NCBI GenBank assembly: GCA_049521735.1 | Contig: JBEKON010000002.1 | Coordinates: 5,149-69,148 of the forward strand | DNA from: Verrucomicrobiota bacterium | GTDB lineage: Bacteria > Verrucomicrobiota > Verrucomicrobiia > Limisphaerales > UBA11358 | Length of the DNA stretch: 64,000 nucleotides | Direction of reading: 5' to 3' | In this document: in pieces, positions 25,783-34,117 of the stretch | How positions within the stretch are numbered: position 1 is the stretch's first letter | Layout: every line of letters starts with the position of its first letter | Made by a program: the position numbers and the translations under genes | Notes under the pieces: generated by a model | The model's database searches: none | What the model saw: the letters and a program-made list of their open reading frames with translations, nothing else | Told to the model about the DNA's origin: nothing

Positions 25783-27422
25783 TAGCGGACTTTCGGTAAC
25801 AACCAGTTTAACAATTCGCCAATCGCCAAACGCTCCTGTTGGCCATCATCACGATAACGAATTGTCACAGTGTCCTTCAATTCCGGCTTCTCGCCCAGCG
25901 TGTCGAAATCAATCGTCACGCAGAACGGCGTGCCCGCTTCGTCCTGACGGCGGTAACGGCGGCCAATCGCGCCCGCGTCGTCGTAAAACACGTTCATGTG
26001 CGGACGCAACAGATCGCGCACTTCCCGCGCTTTTTCCACGAGATCGGGCTTGTTCTTCAGCAACGGCAGCACGGCGACCTTGATGGGCGCGACGCGGGGA
26101 TGAAATTTCAACAGCACGCGCGTCTCCAGCTTGCCCTTTTCATCGGGCATCTGGTCTTCGTGATACGCGTTGCAAATCAGCGCAAGAATCAACCGGTCCA
26201 CGCCCGCGGACGGCTCGATCACGTGCGGAATGTATTGGCCCTTGGCCAGACCATCGGCGTCTTCCCGCGCCGATTTTTCGATTTGCTCCGGTGTTTCATC
26301 CGGTCTCGCCGTCTTCGCCAGATATTTTTTTCGGTTCTCGTAGTAGCGACGCCAAAGTTCATCTTGTTTCTCTTTTGGCAATTTGCCCCAGGCGGCGCGG
26401 AGTTCCTCGTCGAACACGCCCATCGGCTTGCCGGAGAAGCGTTCGTGCTGGCTCAAATCAAAATCGCTGCGCGCGGCAACGCCTTCGAGTTCCTCGCCCA
26501 TCAATTCACCCTGCGCGTCGCGTTTGCTGAACGGGAATTTGTAGAGAATGTCAACGGTCGCCTGCGCGTAGTGCGCCAGTTCCTCCGGCTTCTGCCAATA
26601 TTCGACGAGCGTGTTTCGTGGCAGGCCGATGGATTCGTAGAATTTGATCCGCTCCTCGACCCAGTATTTGAACCACGCCTCCCAACCCCAATTCGATTGC
26701 GGATTGGCGATTGCGGATTGCGGATTTGAAATTTCAGAAGCTCGTGCGACGTTGCCGGAAATCGCTTCAACGGCTTCGTCCGGCTTGATGAAAAATTCCA
26801 GTTCCATCTGCTCGAACTCGCGCGAGCGGAAGGTGAAATTACGCGGCGTGACTTCGTTGCGGAACGCCTTGCCAACCTGCGCGATGCCGAACGGAACCTT
26901 CTGCCGCGACGTTTCCAAAACATTTTTGAACTGCGCGAAAATCGCCTGCGCGGTTTCGGGGCGAAGATAGGCGAGGTTGTCCTCGTTCTCGACCGGGCCG
27001 ACAAAAGTTTTGAACATCAAATTGAACTGGCGCGGCGCGGTTTTCTCACCGTGACATTCGGAGACCATTTTACTCGGCTTTTGCGGGCAGGGGATTTCGT
27101 TCGTCTGATCGGCCCGAAAACGGCCTTTGCACGTTTTGCAATCAATCATCGGATCGCTGAACGTATCCACATGGCCGCTGGCTTTCCAGATTTGCGGGTG
27201 CATGATGATGGCGGCTTCGAGGCCGACGACGTCGTCGCGCTGACGGGTCATGGTGTTCCACCAGAGTTCCTTCACGTTGCGCTTGAGTTCGGCGCCGAGC
27301 GGGCCGTAATCCCAAAACCCGTTGATGCCGCCGTAAATTTCGGAGGATTGAAAAATGAAGCCGCGTCGCTTGCACAGCGACACGATTTTTTCCATGAGAA
27401 CATTTTCTTTCGGGTCAGCCAC
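25782..27422 (-). CDS. glyQS: glycine--tRNA ligase (dimeric class II type)
   Basis: 546-aa ORF. MEKIVSLCKRRGFIFQSSEIYGGINGFWDYGPLGAELKRNV, FNLMFKTFVGP, YLRPETAQ, and the C-terminal anticodon-binding block (KVAVLPL...RRYRRQDEAGTPFCVTIDFDT). Confidence 0.92.
   Translation of the reverse strand: MADPKENVLMEKIVSLCKRRGFIFQSSEIYGGINGFWDYGPLGAELKRNVKELWWNTMTRQRDDVVGLEAAIIMHPQIWKASGHVDTFSDPMIDCKTCKGRFRADQTNEIPCPQKPSKMVSECHGEKTAPRQFNLMFKTFVGPVENEDNLAYLRPETAQAIFAQFKNVLETSRQKVPFGIAQVGKAFRNEVTPRNFTFRSREFEQMELEFFIKPDEAVEAISGNVARASEISNPQSAIANPQSNWGWEAWFKYWVEERIKFYESIGLPRNTLVEYWQKPEELAHYAQATVDILYKFPFSKRDAQGELMGEELEGVAARSDFDLSQHERFSGKPMGVFDEELRAAWGKLPKEKQDELWRRYYENRKKYLAKTARPDETPEQIEKSAREDADGLAKGQYIPHVIEPSAGVDRLILALICNAYHEDQMPDEKGKLETRVLLKFHPRVAPIKVAVLPLLKNKPDLVEKAREVRDLLRPHMNVFYDDAGAIGRRYRRQDEAGTPFCVTIDFDTLGEKPELKDTVTIRYRDDGQQERLAIGELLNWLLPKVR
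26695..26729. repeat. five 7-nt units (GATTGCG-type) inside the glyQS coding sequence
   Basis: gattgcg gattggc gattgcg gattgcg gatttga, continuing into aatttca. On the coding strand it is translated as SEISNPQSAIANPQSN. Confidence 0.9.
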
Positions 27423-27493
27423 AGGTCGGCCAGTGTTTGCGATGGGCGCGCGGGTGTAAATGAGATTTTGATTGGCTTAATCGGCGGGTTGGC

Positions 27494-27521
27494 GCGTGAG
27501 TTTCACGCGTGATGCGTGAAA
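27494..27521. promoter_or_regulatory. candidate operator/hairpin about 195 nt upstream of the prepilin gene
   Basis: The 8-bp perfect inverted repeat is tttcacgc (27501-08), loop gtgat, gcgtgaaa (27514-21). The hexamer gcgtga occurs three times (27494, 27507, 27514), and the last two form a 7-nt tandem. The function is unknown, and it may simply be another member of the short-repeat family. Confidence 0.25.
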
Positions 27522-27714
27522 ATTTTGCGCGAAATGGCACATGGGTTCGCGGAAGCCCAATTTTTCGCGAGTTTTCAAGGAAGATTTGTTTGGCATTAGT
27601 AATGCGGTTTTTTTGTATTATTAATTGTTGACAGCGTCTGTGGTTTCAGCAAACTTGGCGCCGTCGCGTGTACCAAAAAACTAAAAAAACTTAGAACATA
27701 AAAACTTAGAATAT

Positions 27715-28494
27715 ATGAAAAGAATTCTGAAACGAAAAAAGGCTTTCACACTGATTGAACTACTCGTTGTGATCGCCATCATCGCCATTCTGGCGGCCAT
27801 GTTGTTGCCGGTGCTTGCCGCCGCCAAGCGCAGGGCTCAACGCATCAATTGTGTCAGTAACCTCAAGCAAATTGGCCTCTCCTTCCGCATTTGGGAGGGT
27901 GACAACGGTGACAAATATCCCATGAATGTCAGCACGAACCAAGGTGGCGCGATGGAGGATATCTGTAGCGCGGGATTCAATAGTGTTGCTGGCAGCTACC
28001 CTGTCAGTGGCATTACCAACGTTTTTGAGGTGATGTCGAATGCGCTGAGCACGCCCAAGCTTCTATGGTGCACCTCTGACACCGCCGCTACCGGTCGTGG
28101 TGCCGCCACGAACTTTGCACAATTGGGAGTTGCTAACCCCGGTGTAAACATGCAGGGCACAAACTGCATCAGTTATTTCGTCTGCGGCGATGCGCAAGAA
28201 GCCTATCCGCAGATGGTCCTGGATGGCGACCGCAATCTGGGTACTGCAAGCACCACTGCTATTCCGACCACTTCGATTAATTTGAATGGTGGACAACAAT
28301 GGACCTCCACTAGCGGTGGGGCATCTACCGTTCCTTGGGCGTGGTCAATGAATGAGATGCATTTGAAGGTGGGCAATGCCGGTGTGGCCGATGGAAGCGT
28401 TCAGACGATGAGTATTGTTGCCCTGCAAGCCGCCCTCGTCCAAGCCACGAACAACTGCCCGTATACCAACGCATGGTTTAACTTCCCGCAATAA
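27715..28494 (+). CDS. prepilin-type N-terminal cleavage/methylation domain protein of the H-X9-DG class
   Basis: 259-aa ORF. The N-terminus [24 protein letters not shown] is a class III signal / methylation motif. The C-terminal [13 protein letters not shown] fits H-X9-DG exactly. Confidence 0.85.
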   Translation: MKRILKRKKAFTLIELLVVIAIIAILAAMLLPVLAAAKRRAQRINCVSNLKQIGLSFRIWEGDNGDKYPMNVSTNQGGAMEDICSAGFNSVAGSYPVSGITNVFEVMSNALSTPKLLWCTSDTAATGRGAATNFAQLGVANPGVNMQGTNCISYFVCGDAQEAYPQMVLDGDRNLGTASTTAIPTTSINLNGGQQWTSTSGGASTVPWAWSMNEMHLKVGNAGVADGSVQTMSIVALQAALVQATNNCPYTNAWFNFPQ

Positions 28495-28521
28495 GCGCAG
28501 TTTGAATTTTGCTCGTTACGC

Positions 28522-28558
28522 AAACGAGGCATCTGCAAAGGATGCCTCGTTTTTGTTT
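28522..28558 (+). terminator. rho-independent terminator between the convergent prepilin gene and tadA
   Basis: aaacgaggcatc (28522-28533), loop tgcaaag, then gatgcctcgttt (28541-52), followed by ttttgtttg. This is a perfect 12-bp stem with a T-run, 28 nt after the prepilin stop. The reverse strand also gives the hairpin followed by ttgcg, so it may act partly bidirectionally. Confidence 0.85.
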
Positions 28559-28591
28559 GTACCGGCCGGTTTTCCGCGGCGAACCGCCATT

Positions 28592-29104
28592 TCAGGGCGT
28601 CGCGCCGCCTTTTTTTCTTCCCGGCTTTTGCGCCTGCCGTTGCCCGGCGAAAAAACTCTGCAGCAACTCCCGGCATTCCTCTTCGCGCACTCCGCCCGTG
28701 ATTTCACAATGATGATTCAATGCCGGGCATTGGAGCAGATTCATCGCGCTGCCGGCCGCGCCGCCTTTCGGATCGCTCGCGCCAAACACGACCCGCGCCA
28801 GCCGCGTATGCACCATTGCGCCGGCACACATCGGACACGGCTCCTTCGTCACGTAAAGCGTGCAGTCCGTCAGCCGCCAGTTGCCGACGGACTCCTCGGC
28901 CTGCGTTAAGGCGAGCATCTCGGCGTGCGCCGTGGCGTCCTTGAGCTGTTCCACCTGATTAAACGCCCGTGCGATGATGCGTCCTCCACGCACAATGACT
29001 GCGCCCACCGGCACCTCGCCGGCTTCGTAAGCCCTGGCCGCCTGGCGCAGCGCTCCGCCCATGAAAAAATCGTCGTCGTGCAGATCAATGACCGGTTCAT
29101 CCAT
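28592..29104 (-). CDS. tadA: tRNA adenosine(34) deaminase
   Basis: The start was moved to the ATG at 29104 (MDEPVIDL...); the track gives 29146. The CDA zinc motifs HAEMLAL and PCPMCAGA are present. Confidence 0.85.
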   Translation of the reverse strand: MDEPVIDLHDDDFFMGGALRQAARAYEAGEVPVGAVIVRGGRIIARAFNQVEQLKDATAHAEMLALTQAEESVGNWRLTDCTLYVTKEPCPMCAGAMVHTRLARVVFGASDPKGGAAGSAMNLLQCPALNHHCEITGGVREEECRELLQSFFAGQRQAQKPGRKKGGATP

Positions 29105-29115
29105 AATCGGAAAAT

Positions 29116-29201
29116 GAAGAAGGAAGAATGCAGAATGCAGAAACAAAATTTAAACCCACCATCGCCGGTAAAATGGTTTCTTCATTCTTCATTCTTCATT
29201 C
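29116..29201. repeat. inverted pair of GAATGMA / TKCATTC heptamer blocks spanning the NUDIX stop and the tadA leader
   Basis: Block 1 is gaatgca gaatgca gaaac (29126-29144). Block 2 is gtttc ttcattc ttcattc ttcattc (29176-29201). By my count, 17 of 19 aligned positions are complementary, and the loop is about 31 nt. Confidence 0.8.
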
Positions 29202-29697
29202 CGCCTTTGTTGAATTCTTCCAGCGTCCAGTCGTTTTTGCCGTCAGGATGGCAATGACAATGCGCCGCAAAAAAACCGCCGCGATATCGCCAGAACCACG
29301 GCCAGATTTGCTCCCGGTCGGTCCGCGGCAGTTTCAAACCGTCGAGCGCGGCGCGGGCGAAGAATTGGAAACGGCCTTCGGCGTGGGGGGGCGGCAGCGA
29401 TTGCAAACGCGGTTTTACCTCGAACAAAAACATCAGCCAATGTGCCCGGCCTTGATAACCGTGTTCGCTGACGAGACCGGTCAAATGCAGATCCGCCACG
29501 CGAATTTCAACGCCGAGTTCCTCCCCCGCCTCGCGGCAGGCGCAGGCGTAAGGCGATTCGCCGATGTCCATTTTTAATTTGCCGCCGCATGGACTCCAGA
29601 ATCCGCGGTTCGGCTCCTGCGCGCGTTCAAGCAGCAGCACTTCATCACGCTCGTTGAAACAGTAAAGCAGCGTGGCGACTTTGTAAGGCAATGGCAT
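29182..29697 (-). CDS. NUDIX hydrolase
   Basis: 171-aa ORF with a Nudix box (GGKLKMDIGESPYACACREAGEELGV). Its last codons (GGMKNEE) are encoded by a TTCATTC x3 repeat. Confidence 0.7.
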   Translation of the reverse strand: MPLPYKVATLLYCFNERDEVLLLERAQEPNRGFWSPCGGKLKMDIGESPYACACREAGEELGVEIRVADLHLTGLVSEHGYQGRAHWLMFLFEVKPRLQSLPPPHAEGRFQFFARAALDGLKLPRTDREQIWPWFWRYRGGFFAAHCHCHPDGKNDWTLEEFNKGGMKNEE

Positions 29698-29814
29698 TGC
29701 TCGGAATTTTGGATTTCGATTGGCGAATGTCGAGCGTGTAAAATTCCATTGTCACCTCGCGTCAAAATGTTAGCATAACCGGCCTCGTTTTTGATGGCAG
29801 GCAAAGAATAACAC

Positions 29815-30873
29815 ATGAAAACTTACGACATCGCAGTCATCGGCGGCGACGGCACCGGACCGGAAGTGGTCCGTGAGGCCGTCAAGGTGTTGGATGCTGC
29901 CACTAAAAAATTCAACCTCAAGTTCAACTACACGCATTACGACATTGGCGGCGCGCGCTATTTGAAAACAGGCGAGGTGCTGCCGGACAGCGTGCTCGCA
30001 GAGTTGCGGAAATTTCCCGCCATTCTACTGGGCGCCATCGGCCACCCGGACGTGAAGCCGGGCATTCTGGAGAAGGGCATCCTGCTCCGCACGCGTTTCG
30101 AGCTGGAGCAATACATCAATCTCCGCCCGGTGAAACTTTACGACGAACGTTTCTGCCCGTTGAAGGACAAGAAACCGGAGCACATTGATTTCGTCGTCGT
30201 CCGCGAGAACAACGAGGGTCTCTACACCGGCGCGGGCGGTTTTGTATTCAAAGGCACGCCGAACGAAATAGCTTTGCAGGAAAGCGTCAACACCCGTCGT
30301 GGCGTTGAACGTTGTCTGCGCTTTGCCTTCGATTTCTGCCGCAAGCGGAACCGGGATAAAAAGCTCACACTTTGCGGCAAGACAAACGTCCTGACTTACG
30401 CGTTCGACTTGTGGGAACGCGCGTTTCACGAAATCGGCCAAAAGGAATTTCCCGAAATCAAACGCGATTATGCCCACGTGGACGCCACCTGCATGTGGTT
30501 CGTGAAAAACCCGGAATGGTTCGACGTGATCGTCACTGACAACATGTTTGGCGACATCATCACCGATCTCGGCGCGATGATTCAGGGTGGTATGGGCATC
30601 GCCGCCGGCGGCAACATCAATCCGCGCGGCACGAGCATGTTCGAGCCGATCGGCGGCAGCGCGCCCAAATACACCGGCCAGGGCGTGATTAATCCGCTGG
30701 CGGCGATTTGCGCCGGACAGATGATGCTGGATTTTCTCGGCGAACCCAAAGCTGCGCAGGCCATTGAAACGGCGGTGATCAAGATTGTGCGGGACAAAAT
30801 CAAATCGCTCGCCGCCGGCAAGATGGGCTACAGCACTTCGCAAGTGGGTGACTTGGTGGCGGCATCAGTTTGA
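29815..30873 (+). CDS. isopropylmalate / tartrate dehydrogenase-family oxidative decarboxylase
   Basis: 352-aa [45 protein letters not shown] and [12 protein letters not shown] are beta-decarboxylating dehydrogenase signatures. LeuB versus tartrate/D-malate dehydrogenase cannot be resolved by eye. Confidence 0.8.
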   Translation: MKTYDIAVIGGDGTGPEVVREAVKVLDAATKKFNLKFNYTHYDIGGARYLKTGEVLPDSVLAELRKFPAILLGAIGHPDVKPGILEKGILLRTRFELEQYINLRPVKLYDERFCPLKDKKPEHIDFVVVRENNEGLYTGAGGFVFKGTPNEIALQESVNTRRGVERCLRFAFDFCRKRNRDKKLTLCGKTNVLTYAFDLWERAFHEIGQKEFPEIKRDYAHVDATCMWFVKNPEWFDVIVTDNMFGDIITDLGAMIQGGMGIAAGGNINPRGTSMFEPIGGSAPKYTGQGVINPLAAICAGQMMLDFLGEPKAAQAIETAVIKIVRDKIKSLAAGKMGYSTSQVGDLVAASV

Positions 30874-31298
30874 AGCGGGTGAAAAGTCTGACCGAACATC
30901 TCTGGTTTGAAACGCCGCACCGGCGCGATTACATCAACATCACCGACACTGTCGAAAAGCTGGTTCGCAAAAGTGGTGTGCAGGAAGGGCTTTGCCTCGT
31001 CAACGCCATGCACATCACCGCCAGCGTTTATATCAATGATGCCGAGGACGGTTTGCTGCATGATTATGATGTCTGGCTTGAAAAGCTTGCGCCGCACGAG
31101 CCGACTTCGCAGTATCATCATAATCGCACGGGTGAAGACAACGCCGACGCGCACATGAAGCGTCAAATCATGGGCCGTGAGGTTGTTGTCGCCATTACGA
31201 ATGGCAAACTCGACCTTGGTCCATGGGAACAGATTTTCTACGGCGAATTTGACGGCCGCCGCCGCAAACGCGTGCTGGTAAAAATCATCGGCGAATAA
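30870..31298 (+). CDS. YjbQ/UPF0047-family protein (secondary thiamine-phosphate synthase-like)
   Basis: 142-aa [47 protein letters not shown]...[39 protein letters not shown] is characteristic of the family. Its start overlaps the upstream stop. Confidence 0.8.
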   Translation: MKRVKSLTEHLWFETPHRRDYINITDTVEKLVRKSGVQEGLCLVNAMHITASVYINDAEDGLLHDYDVWLEKLAPHEPTSQYHHNRTGEDNADAHMKRQIMGREVVVAITNGKLDLGPWEQIFYGEFDGRRRKRVLVKIIGE

Positions 31299-31346
31299 TT
31301 CGATTGTGATTAAACAGGTTCCACGCGCAATATAACCAAAGCCGAT

Positions 31347-32876
31347 ATGATGAAATCTGCCTTGATTTTACTGATGGCGTCCGCGCTGTGGCTTCGCGCT
31401 GCGGACATGACCAAAACCAATTCTCCTCCCGAAGATACCAATGCGCCCGCCGCGAAGAAATCGGAGGTCGCCACCATTCCCGACGCGACGCACAAACCGG
31501 TGTTTACCACCAACACCGTGACCATTGCCGGTCGGCGGGTGACTTATGTGGCCGAAACCGGAATGTTGCCGATCCTCAAACCCGACGGCACGTCGCGCGC
31601 ATCGGTTTTTTACGTCGCTTATACGCGCGTTGATGAGACCAACGCCGCCACGCGGCCTGTTACGTTTTGTTTCAACGGCGGTCCCGGTTCCTCGTCCGTG
31701 TGGCTGCATCTCGGCGCGCTGGGGCCTCGCCGCGTAAAGATGAACGAGGACGGCACGCTGCCCAAACCGCCGTTCAGCCTCGTGGACAATCAGTATTCAA
31801 TTTTGGATGGAAGCGATTTGGTCTTCATTGACCCGGTCGCGACCGGGTTCAGCCGCGCGGCGAAGGACGAAAAGGCCGATCAATTTTTCAGCCGGGCCGC
31901 CGACCTGGACTCCGTCGGTGAATTCATCCGGCTTTGGACGACGCGACACGAACGCTGGCTTTCGCCCAAATACCTCTGCGGCGAAAGCTACGGCGTCTTC
32001 CGCGCAGCGGGATTGGCAGAACGTCTGCGCTCGCGCTATGGCATGTATCTCAACGGCTTGATTCTGGTGTCAGGCGGTTTGGATTTCGCAACCATCAGCC
32101 CCGGACCGGACAACGATTTGCCCTATTTATTGTTTCTGCCCAATTACACGGCGACGGCGTATTACTTCAAAAAACTGCCGCCGGATCTGCAGAGTGATTT
32201 GCCCAAGACGCTGGCCGAAGTGCGCGAATTTTCGAAAGGCGAATACGCCGCCGCCTTGCAGCAAGGTGCGGCGTTGCCTGCTGACGAACGAGAAAAAGTG
32301 GTCGCCGAACTGGCGCGGCTCACCGGTTTGAAACCGCAGGTGATTGAAGACAACCATCTGCGAATCAATAGCGGCACATTCCGCAGGCAGTTGTTGCACG
32401 ACGAGGGCTTGATTCTCGGCGCCTACGACGCGCGCATCACCGGTCGCGACGACGACCCGGCTTCGCCGGACCCCGATTTCGATCCATCCTACGCGGCGAC
32501 TTACGGACCGTTCGCAGCGGCGATGAACGCCTACGTGCGCCAGGAATTGAAGTTCGAGGACGATTTGCCCTACGAAATCATCGCCGGCGTGCAGCCGTGG
32601 AATTATGGCACGCACAACGATTATCCGAGCGCGAGCGACCAACTCGCATCCGTAATGAACCAGAACCCTTACATGCGCATTGTCGTGCTGGGGGGAATGC
32701 GCGACCTCGTTTGTCCTTGGGACACGATGCATTACGCGCTTGACCACATGCGACTCGATCCAGCCTATCGTACGAACATCGCCTACGCCACATTCGAAGC
32801 TGGCCATATGATGTATGTGAACCTGCCGGACTTGGAAAAAATACACAAAGTCCTGGAGGATTTCTTGAAGCCGTAG
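31347..32876 (+). CDS. secreted serine carboxypeptidase-like peptidase (family S10)
   Basis: 509-aa ORF with a signal peptide (MMKSALILLMASALWLRA). It has the S10 blocks FCFNGGPGSSSVW and the catalytic-serine block YLCGESYGV. Confidence 0.75.
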   Translation: MMKSALILLMASALWLRAADMTKTNSPPEDTNAPAAKKSEVATIPDATHKPVFTTNTVTIAGRRVTYVAETGMLPILKPDGTSRASVFYVAYTRVDETNAATRPVTFCFNGGPGSSSVWLHLGALGPRRVKMNEDGTLPKPPFSLVDNQYSILDGSDLVFIDPVATGFSRAAKDEKADQFFSRAADLDSVGEFIRLWTTRHERWLSPKYLCGESYGVFRAAGLAERLRSRYGMYLNGLILVSGGLDFATISPGPDNDLPYLLFLPNYTATAYYFKKLPPDLQSDLPKTLAEVREFSKGEYAAALQQGAALPADEREKVVAELARLTGLKPQVIEDNHLRINSGTFRRQLLHDEGLILGAYDARITGRDDDPASPDPDFDPSYAATYGPFAAAMNAYVRQELKFEDDLPYEIIAGVQPWNYGTHNDYPSASDQLASVMNQNPYMRIVVLGGMRDLVCPWDTMHYALDHMRLDPAYRTNIAYATFEAGHMMYVNLPDLEKIHKVLEDFLKP

Positions 32877-32880
32877 AACG

Positions 32881-32961
32881 GGAAATGCAGAAGACAGAAT
32901 GAAGAAATTTCCGGTTTGTTCGTTCGCTAAAGACTTCCGCATTCTGCCTTCTTAATTCCGC
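32881..32961. repeat. inverted pair of GAATGMA-type blocks between the convergent S10 peptidase and ADH genes
   Basis: The blocks are ggaaatgcagaagacagaatgaagaaatttcc (32881-32912) and gacttccgcattctgccttcttaattccgc (32932-32961). By my count, 14 of 18 aligned core positions are complementary. Confidence 0.7.
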
Positions 32962-32999
32962 TTTTGAATCGAGCCTCTTCAGGTCGGCTCACACAATTA

Positions 33000-34046
33000 T
33001 TATTCGTGGACGCGAACGAGCGTTTTGACGGCATGATTGCCCGCAGCCATGGATTCGAACAATTCAGGCAATCGGCTTAACGGACATTCGCCGTCCACAA
33101 AATCCGCCGCGCGAATCACACCCGCCTCAATGAACTCCAACGCCCGGCGAACCGTGCGCGGCGTGTGATGAAAACTCGCGAGCAGCGTGAGGTTTGAATA
33201 GTGAATGAGAGTGGCATCGAGCGTGATGGTCGCGCCGGACGGACAGCCGCCGAAGAAATTCACCGTGCCGCCCTTGCGTACGAGATGAACAGAAGCTTCC
33301 CACGTTTCCGGTCGGCCAACCGCTTCAATCACCGTGTCAAAATTCGTCCTGGTTGCTTCGTGAACTTTCGCAACCAATTCCCGGCCGTCACCGATGTCGA
33401 TGACTTGTTCCGCGCCCAGTCGTTGTGCGGCTTCCAACTGCGCTGCCCGCCGTCCGGCCACTGTTACATTGCAGCCAAGATTTTTCGCCAGCGCGACGAA
33501 CATCAGGCCAATCGGGCCGGCGCCGAGAATGAGCGCGTGTTGTCCGGCGCGCAGTTTTGTGGCTTCGACTCCTTGGACAACGCACGCGAGCGGTTCAACG
33601 AGTGCCGCGTCGTGGAACGCTGTTTCCGGTTTGAGACGCAGCAAATTTTTTTGCACAAGCCGCGCGGGAACGACGATGGACTCGGCGTAGGCGCCGTTGA
33701 GAAAAAGCAGATCTTCGCAAAGATTTTCCTGCTGGTTGCGGCAATAAAAACAGCCGCCGCACGGTGCGGAATTGGCCGCGACGACGCGATCGCCGATTTG
33801 CCAATCCCAGCTTTGGACGTTGGACTTCGGACTTAGGGCTTCACTGATAACACCGGCGAATTCATGGCCGAAGACCGCGGGCGGCACGATCATTTTGGCG
33901 TGATAACCGCGTTTGAAAACCTTGAGGTCCGTGCCGCAGGTGAGCGCGGCTTCAATGCGGATGCGGACTTCGCCCGGTTTGAGCGGAGGCGGCGCGACGT
34001 CTTCGATTTGAATTTTCTCCTTGCCGTGGAGAATGGCGGCTTTCAC
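33000..34046 (-). CDS. zinc-dependent medium-chain alcohol/polyol dehydrogenase
   Basis: The start was moved to the GTG at 34046 (VKAAILHGKEKIQIEDV); the track ORF (to 34133) would overlap the upstream gene. Catalytic zinc ligands are CGTDLKV and GHEFAG. The structural zinc cluster is CGGCFYCRNQQENLC. The Rossmann motif is ILGAGPIGLM. Confidence 0.85.
   Translation of the reverse strand: MKAAILHGKEKIQIEDVAPPPLKPGEVRIRIEAALTCGTDLKVFKRGYHAKMIVPPAVFGHEFAGVISEALSPKSNVQSWDWQIGDRVVAANSAPCGGCFYCRNQQENLCEDLLFLNGAYAESIVVPARLVQKNLLRLKPETAFHDAALVEPLACVVQGVEATKLRAGQHALILGAGPIGLMFVALAKNLGCNVTVAGRRAAQLEAAQRLGAEQVIDIGDGRELVAKVHEATRTNFDTVIEAVGRPETWEASVHLVRKGGTVNFFGGCPSGATITLDATLIHYSNLTLLASFHHTPRTVRRALEFIEAGVIRAADFVDGECPLSRLPELFESMAAGNHAVKTLVRVHE
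33815..33842. repeat. four 7-nt units (GGACTTC-type) inside the Zn-ADH coding sequence
   Basis: ggacgtt ggacttc ggactta gggcttc. The coding strand gives ALSPKSNVQS. Confidence 0.8.
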
Positions 34047-34117
34047 GGGCACAGTGTATGGCTGCGAACGGTCGGAGCGGAAGAAAAGTTTTTTATTAGT
34101 TCGCCGCGGCGGCTGGA

